Positions 49,502 to 60,904 of a stretch of DNA of 64,000 nucleotides are shown one piece after another. The position numbers were made by a program, and so were the translations under genes. Below the pieces are notes generated by a model that worked only from the letters and a program-made list of their open reading frames with translations, was not told the origin of the DNA and ran no database searches. How positions within the stretch are numbered: position 1 is the first letter of the stretch; each line of letters starts with the position of its first letter. The stretch is from Octopus sinensis (Eukaryota), in contig NC_043025.1 in the NCBI RefSeq assembly GCF_006345805.1, positions 3,658,001 through 3,722,000 of the forward strand. Direction: 5' to 3'.

Positions 49502-49835
49502 GGTGCAGGAGTGGCTGTGTGGTAAGTAGCTTGTTTACCAACCAAATGATTCCGGGTTCAGTCCCACTGCGTGGCATCTTGGGCAAGTGTCTTCTACTAT
49601 AGCTTCGGGTCGACCAAAGCCTTGTGAGTGGATTTGGTAGACGGAAACTGAAAGAAGCCCGTTGTATATATGTATATGTAGCTGTGTGGTAAGTAGCTTG
49701 TTTACCAACCATATGGTTCCGGGTTCAGTCCCACTGCGTGGCATCTTGGGCAAATGTCTTCTGCTATAGCCTCGGGCCGACCAATGCCTTGTGAGTGGAT
49801 TTGGTAGACGGAAACTGAAAGAAGCCCGTGGTATA

Positions 49836-49878
<43 letters not shown>

Positions 49879-50080
49879 TGGTGTCTGTGTTTGTCCCCTT
49901 AGCATTGCTTGACAACCGATGCTGGTGTGTTTACGTCCCCGTTACTTAGCGGTTCGGCAAAAGGAGACCGAGAGAATAAGTACTGGGCTTACAAAAGAAT
50001 AAGTCCCGGGGTCGATTTGCTCGACTAAAAAGGCGATGCTCCAGCATGGCCGCAGTCAAAATGACTGAAACAAGTAAAAA
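49502..50080 (+). mobile_element. SINE family A with a duplicated head
   Basis: Heads at 49502 and about 49681. Confidence 0.88.
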
Positions 50081-50470
50081 GTCAAACAGATGCCTCTTGG
50101 TAATTATGGGATTCTGAAAATCTGGAATCGGTCGCCAACATAAGTTGAATTTTCTCCGTTTTCACAGGACGGGGTCAAATTTTTTTCATTCACCACGAAT
50201 TTCTAAATGATGGGAAGAAACTTTATGAAAATGGGGAAAAAAAGTTGGGCATTCCTTCGATATAACTCGGGATCTTTTCGGTTTGACCGGCAGTTTTTTA
50301 AAATAATTTTTAAACGGTTAAACTAAAGCGTTAAACCCGGTCAAAAAAAAAACAAAACAAAATTTGTGTAATGCTATACTGGTAGAATGTGTTTATAAAA
50401 CATCTTTTTCTCTTAGCTTTATTGAGAAAATTCTATGGTTTGTAAGATATGGTGTGGAGGACACACACAC

Positions 50471-50830
50471 TACTCTTTTACTTGTTTCAGTCATGCTGAA
50501 AATCGACCTCAAGATTTATTCTTTGTAAGCCTAGTACTTATTCTATCGTTCTCTTTTTTTTTTTTACGGGGACGTAAACACACTAGCATCGGTTGTCAAG
50601 CGATGTTGGGGTGGGGGACAAGCTCAGACACACAAACATATATACACACACACACACACATACATATATACGACGGGCTTCTTTCAGTTTCCGTCTACCA
50701 AATCCACTCACAAGGCATTGGTCGGCCCGAGGCTATAGCAGAAGACACTTGCTCAAGGTGCCACGCAGTGGGACTTAACCCGGAACCATGTGGTTGGTTA
50801 GCAAGCTACTTACCACACAGCCACTCTTAT
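50471..50830 (-). mobile_element. SINE family A
   Basis: Reverse match with internal deletions. Confidence 0.85.
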
Positions 50831-50934
50831 GCCATGTACATATATATTATATATATAAATTAATAAATAAAACATATGCATATATACATACATATATGTA
50901 CGTACCTACCTCTACATGTATATATACATGCATA

Positions 50935-51085
50935 TATGGGTACAGGACACCAAAAAACGTCGAACACAATGAGAAACGAAAACATAAACACAAAACCAAG
51001 GAAATGGACATTTTTCTTAAACAACAAAAATAGAGTACAGGACATACAAAACAAGGAAAATACCCCTTCTTCAGTCGCCAAGGCT
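50935..51085 (-). mobile_element. Possible Penelope-like pseudo-LTR fragment
   Basis: Minus strand CTGAAGAAGGGG, then a T-rich body running into (TA)n; hammerhead 3' half absent. Confidence 0.35.
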
Positions 51086-51689
51086 TTGGGTCGGCCCGGG
51101 CTATAGTAGAAGACACTTGCCCAGGATGCCACGCAGTGGGACTGAACCCGGAACCATGTGGTTGATAAGCAAGCTTCTTACCACACAGCCACGTATTGTA
51201 TGTGTGTGTAGTTGTGTGTGTGTGTATGCATGCGTGCACACACAGAATGAAAGAAATAACTTTCATGTTTTTTGGGGGGGTAAATATTTCGTAAGAGACC
51301 CCCCCCGTTAAGTTACGGGGACGTAAACACACCAGCACCGGTTGTCAAGTGATGGCGGGCAGCACATACACATATATAGATATATACGACCGGTTTCTTT
51401 CAGTTTCTGCGCCTGTAGTAGAAGACACTTGCCGAAGGTGCCACGTCTAGGCTTATTGGAAATATTTTCTTAATTTCTGTTCATCTTAAGTCATCTTTAG
51501 CAAATCTCAGTTATCTCCCTTCCTCTATGATCATCGTTAAAGACCACCAGAAGGTAGAGACTTTAGGTGACCTCCCTACCCACTAGAAATAGCAGTCAAA
51601 TCTCCCTCAAATTGCATTATGAAATTGTACTTTTTTTTTTTTTTTAATCATTCTACTTCAAATAAGGCCTGAAATTTGGGGGAGGGGCT

Positions 51690-52010
51690 AGTCAGCACGT
51701 CGGACGAAATGCTTAGCGGTATTTTCGTCTGCCGTTACGTTACGAGTTCAAATTCCGCCGAGGTCGACTTTGCCTTTCATCCTTTCGGGGTCGATAAATT
51801 AAGTACCAGTTACGCACTGGTGTCGATGTAATCGACTTAATCCGTTTGTCTGTCCTTGTTTGTCCCCTCTATGTTTAGCCCCTTGTGGGTAGTAAAGAAA
51901 TAGGTATTTCGACTGTCTTTCCGTTCTGAGTTCAAATTCCGCCGAGGTCCACTTTACCTTTTGGGGCCGATAAGTACCAGTTACGCACTGGGGTCGATGT
52001 AATCGATTAG
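51690..52010 (+). mobile_element. SINE family B with a partial second unit
   Basis: Junction AAATAGG|TATTTCG at 51903. Confidence 0.85.
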
Positions 52011-52409
52011 TCTCCTCCCCTCGAAATTTCAGGCCTTGTTCTTTTAGCAGAAAGGATTATATTGTTGTGTCTGAGGAGAATTATTCTGTTTTAATGCCTT
52101 ATTAATTAACCTTTCTACTAAAAGCACAACGCCCGAAATTTTGCAGGAGGGGATTAAGTTGATTGCATCGACCCCCCCCCCCTGTATCTCACTGGTACTT
52201 AATTTGTCAAGCCTGAAAGGATGAAAGGCAAAGTTGACCCCAGCAGAATTTGAACTCCGAATATACCGATGGACGAAACGCTGCTAAGCAATTCATCCAT
52301 CATGCCAACAATTCTGCCAACTCGCCACCTCAAATACCTTATTAATTAACATACCCACCAGTTCAATTCCACTCATTTATTATTATTATTATTATTATTA
52401 TTAAAATCA

Positions 52410-53222
52410 AAATCAAAATCGATCAACATCAATGGAAATTGTAGCTGTGATACCAGTGCCGGTGGCATGTAAAAGAGCCATCTGAACGTGGCTGTTGCCA
52501 GCGCCACCCCTACTGGCCTCCGTGCTGGTGGAACGTAAAAAGCACCAATCCGATCGTGGCCGTTGCCAGCCTCGTCTGGCCCCCGTGCCAGTGGCACATA
52601 AAAGCACCATCCGAACATGGCCGTTGCCAGCGCCACCCCTAATTGCCTCCGTGCTGGTGGCACGTAAAAAGCACCAATCCGATCGTGGCCGTTGCCAGCC
52701 TCGTCTGGCACCTGTGCAGGTGGCACGTAAAAAGCACCATCTGATCGTGGCCGTTTGCCAGCCTCGTCTGGCACTGTGCAGGTGGCACGTAAAAAGCACC
52801 ATCCGATCATGGCCGTTTGCCAGCCTCGTCTGGCACCTGTGCTGGTGGCACGTAAAAAGCACCAATCCGATCGTGGCCGTTGCCAGCCTCGTCTGGCACC
52901 TGTGCAGGTGGCACGTAAAAAGCACCATCTGATCGTGGCCGTTTGCCAGCCTCGTCTGGCACCTGTGCAGGTGGCACGTAAAAAGCACCATCCGATCATG
53001 GCCGTTTGCCAGCCTCGTCTGGTACCTGTGCAGGTGGCACGTAAAAAGCACCCACTACACTCACGGAGTGGTTGGCGTTAGGAAGGGCATCCAGCTGTAG
53101 AAACCCTGCCAGATCAGATTGGAGTCTGGTGCATCCATCTGGTTCGCCAGACCTCAGTCAAATTGGCCAACCCATGCTAGCATGGAAAGCGGACATTAAA
53201 CGATGATAATGATGATGATGAT
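52410..53222 (+). mobile_element. RTE 3' UTR copy with about 10 internal 55-62-bp units
   Basis: Repeated GGTGGCACGTAAAAAGCACC..GATCGTGGCCGTT..GCCAGCCTCGTCTGGC. Confidence 0.92.
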
Positions 53223-53239
53223 ATTACAACTTCTTTAAT

Positions 53240-53490
53240 GCTACTTTGCATTAAGGTGGGTTCTTTGCCATGGGTGGTCAGGTTTCTGTAGCACTGCATA
53301 TCACCAGTTATTATTGTCTGTTGTCATTGCTGCTATGAGATCTTCCATGGATTCTCTTAACTTGGAGGGCTTGGCAATTTGTATTTACAGCTATCTTCCA
53401 TCTGCATCATGTATCCCTACCAGTACAACCTTCTCTCTTGCACACGATATAGGATTCCTCTCTTATATTTGGCTCCACACAGCAAGGAAG
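53240..53490 (-). mobile_element. Old RTE LINE C-terminal remnant
   Basis: Minus-strand VQERRLYW*GYMMQMED resembles QERRLRWYGHVARMDED at 57.1 kb. Confidence 0.55.
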
Positions 53491-53504
53491 AAGGCACCAT
53501 ACCT

Positions 53505-53965
53505 AGTAAAGTTAAGTTAAGTTAATTTTTGGCTCAAAAAGCCAAAAGCAAGGCCATGTAGGGGGACATGGAGTTATGTACATGGAGGGTGTTCACGCAA
53601 AGAGTTCGGGCCATTTCTGGTCAAGAGAGACTTTGAACCGAGCGGTTGTCGGCATCTTCACTATCTCGTCTGGCAGCTTATTCCACGGATCCGCAACCCG
53701 GACGGAGAAAGCCCCTCTCCTTCGATTGAGATGAAATCATCGCAGATAGAGCTTTTCGGGGTGACCCTGCAGCCGATGCTCTGGTGCAGGAGTGAAGAAC
53801 AGCTCTTTCGAGAGGTTACACTTTCCGCTTATGATGTTGTGAGCAAGAATGAGATCACCACGGCGTCGTCGTTTTTCTAGGGAATAAAGGTCGAGCGTCT
53901 TCAGCTTTTCTTCATAAGACAAAGAACCATGCGGGTAGCCAGCTTCTGGACTCTTTCGAGATGAT
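53505..53965 (-). mobile_element. CR1-group LINE 3' end
   Basis: YEEKLKTLDLYSLEKRRRRGDLI, QGHPEKL, FSVRVADPWNKLP; (TAACT)n tail. Confidence 0.9.
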
Positions 53966-54065
53966 GTATACCATATGTTTAACCCATATAGAAACCTTCC
54001 TTTATTTTTCCACAGCTTCTCCTGCAGCTAGATGAAGCACCACCTTGTAGTAAATAGATTACAAC

Positions 54066-54473
54066 TTCTTTTATTCTTTTACTTGTTTCAGTCATTTGAC
54101 TGCGGCCATGCTGGAGCACCGACTTTAGTCGAGCAAATCGACCCCGGGACTTATTCTTTGTAAGCCCAGTACTTATTCTATTGATCTCTTTTGCCGAACC
54201 GTTAAGTAACGGAGACATAAACACACCAGCATCGGTTGTCAAGCGATGCTAGGGGGATAAACACAGACACACAAACACACACACACACATACATATATAT
54301 ATATACATATATACGACAGGTTTCTTTCAGTTTCCGTCTACCAAATCCACTCACAAGGCTTTGGTCGGCCTGGGGCTATAACAGCAGACACTTGCCCAAG
54401 ATGCCACGCAGTGGGACTGAACCCGGAACCATGTGGTTGGTTAGCAAGCTACTTACCACACAGCCACTCCTGC
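54066..54473 (-). mobile_element. SINE family A
   Basis: Reverse match to 336-780. Confidence 0.9.
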
Positions 54474-54826
54474 TTTCTGTTAAGTATTTTATCATTTTGA
54501 TTTTTTGTTTCCCCTCAGGACCTGAAGTCTTCACAACGACCCTGAATAAAGTGAAAAGAAAAAAATGGGTTCCTCTCAATGCCAAACAAAAGGAATATAT
54601 ATCGGATGTGATGAATTCAGCTATCAGGTTAGTTGTCGTTGTTTATTTAACCCTGGGTTAGCCTCGTTGAGCAAGCCTATGAGTCCAGGTAAGGAAATGG
54701 CGGTAGAGGAATGATTTGTAACAGGCATGCAAGCAATGTACAAAGGTGAGAATTAGTGTGAGTTTAGGGAGGAATTTAGCATTCAGGTATCTCAGGTAGG
54801 TTGACGGAGAAGGGCTTTATATGAAA

Positions 54827-55160
54827 CTAGCAGTATCGCCCGGCGTTGCTCAGGTTTGTAAGGGAAATAACTATATAAGCATTTTTAGTGAGTTATAGCA
54901 AAAAAATGCATTAAAAATGGAATAAAAAATGATGGTAATTTTGGTGTCTTCAAGCCATGAAGTCGTTGTTCTAAAAGAACGCTGGTCTCCTTGACAACGC
55001 TTTACGACGTTGATTTCCTTACACTCCCTTCCCCACAGCTTCACGAGGGAGGGAAGAAGGGGGAGAAGCAACACAGGTGCGACCATGGACGCCAACGACA
55101 CACGAAAAAATATACGTTAAAATGGAAAAAAATGATGTTAAATTATTTTTTAAATTGTAG
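54827..55160 (-). mobile_element. Non-autonomous Helitron (5' limit uncertain)
   Basis: Minus-strand end AAACCTGAGCAACGCCGGGCGATACTGCTAG, nearly identical to 25145-25175. Confidence 0.55.
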
Positions 55161-55312
55161 ACTCATCGCTGCTTCTGATTGGTCAATCCATGGTGATGAC
55201 TTGAGGTCATGGTGACAGCACTACTTTTGTCATTCATAAGTTACAACTAAACGTGAAGAATTTAGTTTTGGGGTTAATAAAATATGGTCGTTTATTCGTG
55301 TGTAATAAATAA

Positions 55313-55456
55313 AATACCAAACTCATTCCCTATGGATACCGTATTTATTACAACGAGTGGCTTGTAAACGTATCTAACTCGCTTTCGCTCGTTAGATACG
55401 TTTACAAGCCACTCGTTGTAATAAATACGGTATCCATAGGGAATGAGTTTGGTATT
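55313..55456. repeat. Perfect palindrome, 66-bp arms, 12-nt loop
   Basis: 55313-55378 is the exact reverse complement of 55391-55456. Confidence 0.97.
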
Positions 55457-55767
55457 CTCTATATACATACTGATATACATACAGATATGCATGCATACAT
55501 GCTTATATAATTCTGTATATTCTTTTTGTTGTAGTTTTGCTACATCAACTTTACCGAATTCCTCTGAAGAAATCAGCAGTTTAGACTCTTTCCTGCATGC
55601 TGTGAAGATTAAGTAAGAATCTGCGTTTATTATTCTGTTGTTTCTCTGATGTTTGTAATGTTATTTTCACACAGTTATCACACGTAAACGTAATGTGAAG
55701 TTATAAGTAAATATATACATGTAATGAATGTGTGTCTAGTCACTACCAAGCTGCAAAGTCTGAAAGT

Positions 55768-56150
55768 AGAGGCGCAATGGCCCAGTGGTTAGGGCAGCGG
55801 ACTCGCGGTCATAGGATCGCGGTTTCGATTCCCAGACCGGGCGTTGTGAGTGTTTATTGAGCGAAAACACCTAAAAGCTCCACAAGGCTCCGGCAGGGGA
55901 TGGTGGTGATCCCTGCTGTACTCTTTCACCACAACTTTCTCTCACTCTTACTTCCTGTTTCTGTTGTACCTGTATTTCAAAGGGCCAGCCTTGTCACTCT
56001 CTGTGTCACGCTGAATATCCCCGAGAACTACGTTAAGGGTACACGTGTCTGTGGAGTGCTCAGCCACTTACATTAATTTCACGAGCAGGCTGTTCCGTTG
56101 ATCGGATCAACCGGAACTCTTGTCGTCGTAACCGATGGAGTGCTTCCAAG
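55768..56150 (+). mobile_element. SINE family C, alternative-tail subfamily
   Basis: tRNA-like head GGCGCAATGGCCCAGTGG...GGTTTCGATTCCC; related copy at 58118-58395. Confidence 0.8.
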
Positions 56151-56568
56151 CAAAGTCTAATGATTGTTGCTTCAGATGGGACCCTATAGAAGTGCTTGAG
56201 GACTGGGTAAAGTATAATTCTATATTCTTTATACCGATCTAATTCCGAAACGCGCATCCATGGATGACCAGATATTGATTGATTTTCGTTATTTTTCCTC
56301 TCTGCCTGCCTGGATTGTTTTCAAGTATATTTGTTTCTCTAGGAGTCCCTTTCTAAAGTAGAAGAAATAACTAAGGTTTTTTGGCTGCTATTTCTAAACT
56401 TCGGTATGTGCTAAAGCAAATCTTTGCTGAACCCTAATTATAAAGTATTACTTAAGTTTACCGTGAAGTGGTCCTTTTTCATGCCGAATTCTACTTGGTG
56501 AAATTATCGATTACTTCTTAATTAATTTTACCCTTTATTATTATTATTATTATTATTATTATCATATA

Positions 56569-57966
56569 TGCTCGATCTGTAGAAAAGGTGTAGGTAGAAA
56601 CTCTATAAGATGCACCAAGTGTAAGCTATGGACACATAAGAGATGCAGCAATGTCAAAGGAAGGCTAACTAGGAAGATGGTTTTTGTTTGTGGCAGATGC
56701 TCAGGAACAATAAACACTGAAAATGCTCTGAGACCAACTTCCGTCACTTTCCAGGGAGAAAAACTAGAAATAGTTGATAGTTTCCGTTACCTAGGTGACC
56801 AAGTCAGCAGCGGGGGCGGGTGTGCTGAAAGTGTAACTGCTAGAGTAAGAATAGCTTGGGCAAAGTTCAGAGAGCTCTTACCTCTGCTGGTGACAAAAGG
56901 CCTCTCGCACAGAGTGAAAGGCAGACTGTATGATGCGTGTGTACGAACAGCCATGCTACATGGCAGTGAAACATGGGCCGTGACTGCTGAGGATATGCGT
57001 AAGCTCGCTAGAAATGAAGCCAGTATGCTCCGATGGATGTGTAATGCCGGTACTCACACTCGGCAGAGTGTAAGTACCTTGAGAGAAAAGCTGGACCTAA
57101 GAAGCATCAGTTGTGGTGTGCAAGAGAGACGTTTGCGCTGGTATGGTCATGTTGCGAGAATGGATGAAGATAGTTGAGTGAAAAAGTGCCACACCCTAGC
57201 GGTTGAGGGAACCTGTGGAAGAGGCAGACCCAGGAAAACCTGGGACGAGGTGGTGAAGCACGACCTTCGAACTTTAGGTCTCACTGAGGAAATGACTAGA
57301 GACCGAGACCTGGAAGTGTGCTGTGCGCGAGAAGACCCGGCAGGACAAGTGAGTCCACAACCCGTGGCCTTCTACATGGGATGGAGCCAGCCTACGTATG
57401 CATACCTTCCCTTCTTGGGACACAAAACTCTACTTGTGAAGACGTGTTGAGGCAAGTGAGGATCAGAATCGAAATCGATCAATGGAAATTGCGGATGTGC
57501 TACCAGTGCCGGTGGCATGTCGAAACTCTGCTTGTGAAGACCCATTGAGGCAAGTGAGGATCAGAATCGAAATCGATCAATGGAAATCGATCAATGGAAA
57601 TTGCAGATGTGTTACCAGTGCCGGTGGCATGTAAGAGAACTTTCCGTTTCGCGACCGTTGCCAGCACTGCCCCGTTTCGTGTCCGTTGCCAGCCTCGCCT
57701 GGCCCTCGTGCCGGTGGCACATAAAAAGCACCATCCATTCGTGGCCGTTTGCCAGCTCTGTCTGGCACCAGTGCGGGTGGCACGTAAAAAGCACCCACTA
57801 CACTCACGGAGTGGTTGGCGTTAGGAAGGGCATCCAGCCGTAGAAACACTGCCAGATTTGACTGGGCCTGATGAAGCCTTCTGGCTTCACAGACCCCAGT
57901 AGAACCGTCCAACCCATGCTAGCATGGAAAACGGACGCTAAATGATGATGATGATGATGATGATGA
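56569..57966 (+). mobile_element. 5'-truncated RTE-clade LINE (end of ORF2 plus full 3' UTR)
   Basis: Cys-rich CSICRKG..C..C..HKRC insert, FRYLGD, LHGSETW, RRLRWYGHVARM, RGRPRKTW; in-frame TGA at 57175; (GAT)n tail. Confidence 0.92.
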
Positions 57967-57994
57967 TATATAAAATAAATATATATATATAATA

Positions 57995-58040
<46 letters not shown>

Positions 58041-58041
58041 T

Positions 58042-58117
<76 letters not shown>
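57967..58117. repeat. (AT)n microsatellite
   Basis: Direct reading. Confidence 0.97.
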
Positions 58118-58120
<3 letters not shown>

Positions 58121-58395
58121 GAGGCGCAGTGGTCCAGTGCTTATGGTCGTGGGATCACAGTTTCAATTTCCAAACCGGGCGTTGTGAGTGTTTATTGAGT
58201 GAAAACATCTAAAAGCTCCACGAGGCTCCAGCAGAGGCTGGTGGCAAACCCTGGTGCACTCTTTCACCACAACTTTCTCTCACTATTTCTTCCTGTTTCT
58301 GTTGTACCTGTATTTCAAGGGGCCAGCCTTGTCACACTCTGCATCACGCTGAATCTCCCTGAGAACTACGTTAAAGGTACACATGTCTGTGGAGT
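58118..58395 (+). mobile_element. SINE family C, truncated
   Basis: Match to 55768-56050. Confidence 0.8.
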
Positions 58396-58565
58396 TGGAC
58401 GGTTCAACTGGGGTCTGGGAAGCCAGAAGGCTGCACCAGGCCCAGTCTGACCTGACAATGTTTCTACGGCTGGATGCCCTTCCTAACGCCAACCACTCCG
58501 TGAGTGTAGTGGGTGCTTTTTACGTGCCACCGGCACAGGTGCCAGGGGAGTCTGGCAAACGGCCA
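58396..58565 (-). mobile_element. RTE 3' UTR fragment
   Basis: Match to 5385-5540. Confidence 0.85.
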
Positions 58566-58689
58566 GTAAAATGAACTGAAGTATTGATTGTCTTATTGAA
58601 TAGATGAAATATTGAATATAAAATATTAAGGGACTAGTATACTTTCTTGCATTTAAGCAGTCTTCAAGGTCCCAGGTTGTGACATTACA

Positions 58690-58920
58690 AGGTGGCGAGC
58701 TGGCAGACACGTTAGCACGCCGGGCTAAATACTTAGCGGTATTTCGTCTGTCTTTACATTGTGAGTTCAAATTCCGCCGAGGTCGACTTTGCCTTTCATC
58801 CTTTCAGGGTCGATAAATTAAGTACCAGTTACGCATTGGGTCGATGTAATCAACTTAATACCTATGTCTATCCTTGTTTGTTCCCTCTATGTTTAGCCCC
58901 TTGTGGGTAATAAAGAAATT
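58690..58920 (+). mobile_element. SINE family B with 15-bp TSD
   Basis: GGTTGTGACATTACA at 58675-58689 and 58921-58935. Confidence 0.9.
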
Positions 58921-59565
58921 GGTTGTGACATTACACATCCAGTGGATCATACTAGCTTCATTTCTTTCAAGCCTATGCATGTCATCGGCTGTCACAGCCC
59001 ATGTTTCGCTGCTGTGTAGCGTGGTTGTTTGCACGCTGGCATCATACAATCTACCTTTCACTCTGAGCAAGAGGTAGGAGTTCTCTGAACTTTGCCCAGG
59101 CTATTCCTATTCTAGCAGCTACACTCTCAGAGCATCCACCCCTGCAACTGACTTGGTCACCTAGGTAATGGAAGCTATCAACTACTTCTAGTTTTTCCCC
59201 CTGGCATGTGATAGAACCTGCTTTCTATACACCTTCGGTGTTTGTTGCACCAGTGCATTTGCCACACACAAAAAACCATCTTCCCAGTTAACCTTCCTTT
59301 CATATTGCTGCACCTTTTATGTGTTCATATCTTGCACTGGATGCATCTTATGGAGTTTCTATCTATGCTTTGTCTACAGATTGAGCAGGGCCCTCTACCT
59401 GAAGGGATTTGTGATTTGTCTGCCTTCCTACTTAAATTTTGGTTTTTGCTAGGTTAACTCTAAGGCCCTTCAATTCTAGACCTTTCTTCTTCCACACCTG
59501 AAACTTCTCCTCTAGTTTTGCTAGTGACTCAGCTATTAGGGCAAGGTCATTACAGGAGCTCCCAG
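58921..59565 (-). mobile_element. Decayed RTE LINE ORF2 fragment (same family as 56569)
   Basis: WELL(YAD)DLALIAES with a small deletion, GLRVNLAKTK, CSICRQ, LYDASVQ..LHSSETWAV. Confidence 0.88.
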
Positions 59566-59694
59566 TGTCAGCCTGTTGTGAATTTCTCAGTTATTGCTTG
59601 GAGGCTTGTGATGAATATGTGTGTATGTGTATTTAATGTCATCTGAGACAAATATCTCGTGGTTTGATTCATGAAAATGTAGAAAATAATTAAA

Positions 59695-59900
59695 TTTTTA
59701 TCCTGTGTGCCTAAGCATAAGCAGAGTGTTTTAGTTGCTTGTCTTCGTCTGTGTGTGTGTGTCTGTGTGTGTTTACAAAATTACTAGAAAACGGCTGAAT
59801 GGATTTTCACCAAATTTGACAAAAATACTCATTGGATGAGTGGCTCAAACTCATTAAATTCTGGTTTGGTTATCTTCAAAACTGGTGGATGGATGAATCA
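59695..59900 (+). mobile_element. Possible Helentron/DINE-like non-autonomous element
   Basis: TTTTTATCC start, (GT)n/GTCT tract, ACGGCTGAATGGATTTTCACCAAATTTG core; pattern from recall. Confidence 0.45.
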
Positions 59901-60282
59901 AAATGGGTTTTTTTTGTTTTTGTTACATGGTAATATATTTATTTTTGATTAAATTTTTATTGTGTGCGCACAGAGTATGCATCCCCCCCCCCATGCCTTT
60001 TTTTTTTTCACTTTTTTTCACTTTTTTCTCTTTTTTCCAGGTTGATGCAACAATTAAGCCAAATCATTGTGCCTCCACTCAGATATTCTGCAATTGTTGG
60101 TGTTGATAAACTTGTAAGTACAACAGGAGCTGTCCCCTGGTGGACGTTGTTGGGTATTCTCGGATCAAACCTGATTCTTTTTTATCTTTTACTTGTTTAA
60201 AGTCATTGGACTGTGGTGGCCATGCTGGGGTGCCACATCCTCGAAGAATTTTTAGTTGAATGTATCAAACACAGTCATCATC

Positions 60283-60770
60283 ATTGTTTAATGTCTGTTT
60301 TCCATGCTAGCATGGGTTGGACGGTTCGACCGGGATCTGGGAAGCCAGAAGGCTGCACCAGGCTCCAGTCTGATTTGGTAGTGTATCTACGGCTGGATGC
60401 CCTTCCTAACGCCAACCACTCCGTGAGTGTAGTGGGTGCTTTTTACATGCCAGGCGAGGCTGGCAACGGCCATGATCAGTCGGTGCTTTTTACATGCCAC
60501 TGGGACGGAAGCCAGTCAAGGCGGCGCTGGCATCGGCCATGTTCGGATGGTGCTTTTTACATGCCACCAGCACAGGGATCACAACTACAATTTCCATTGA
60601 TTTTTCATGTTGATGCACTTGACTCAATAGGTCTCCTCAAGCACAGGGTCGAAACGGTGTTTCTTTACTTTCCACCTGCACAGGAGTCAGTCCAGCGGCA
60701 CTGGCAACTGCCGGGTGCCAGTCATAGGATTGGTTCAATTTCGATTCCGATTTCACTTGCCCCAACACAT
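60283..60770 (-). mobile_element. RTE 3' UTR copy
   Basis: (CAT)n start; match to 5341-5790. Confidence 0.88.
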
Positions 60771-60904
60771 CGTGTGTAACAAAAGAAAAACAACAAAATC
60801 ACCCTCACTTTTATACTTTTTGCTATCTTGCAAAGGGGGAATGTTATGACGTGGGTGTACATGACTGGTGTAAAATGGTATTCCATAAATCAATAGTTGG
60901 TTGT

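Noticed and set aside
52410-53100. Repeat array with partly palindromic units as a CRISPR array
   Set aside because: Units are contiguous with no unique spacers, they belong to the RTE 3' UTR, the context is eukaryotic and there are no cas genes.
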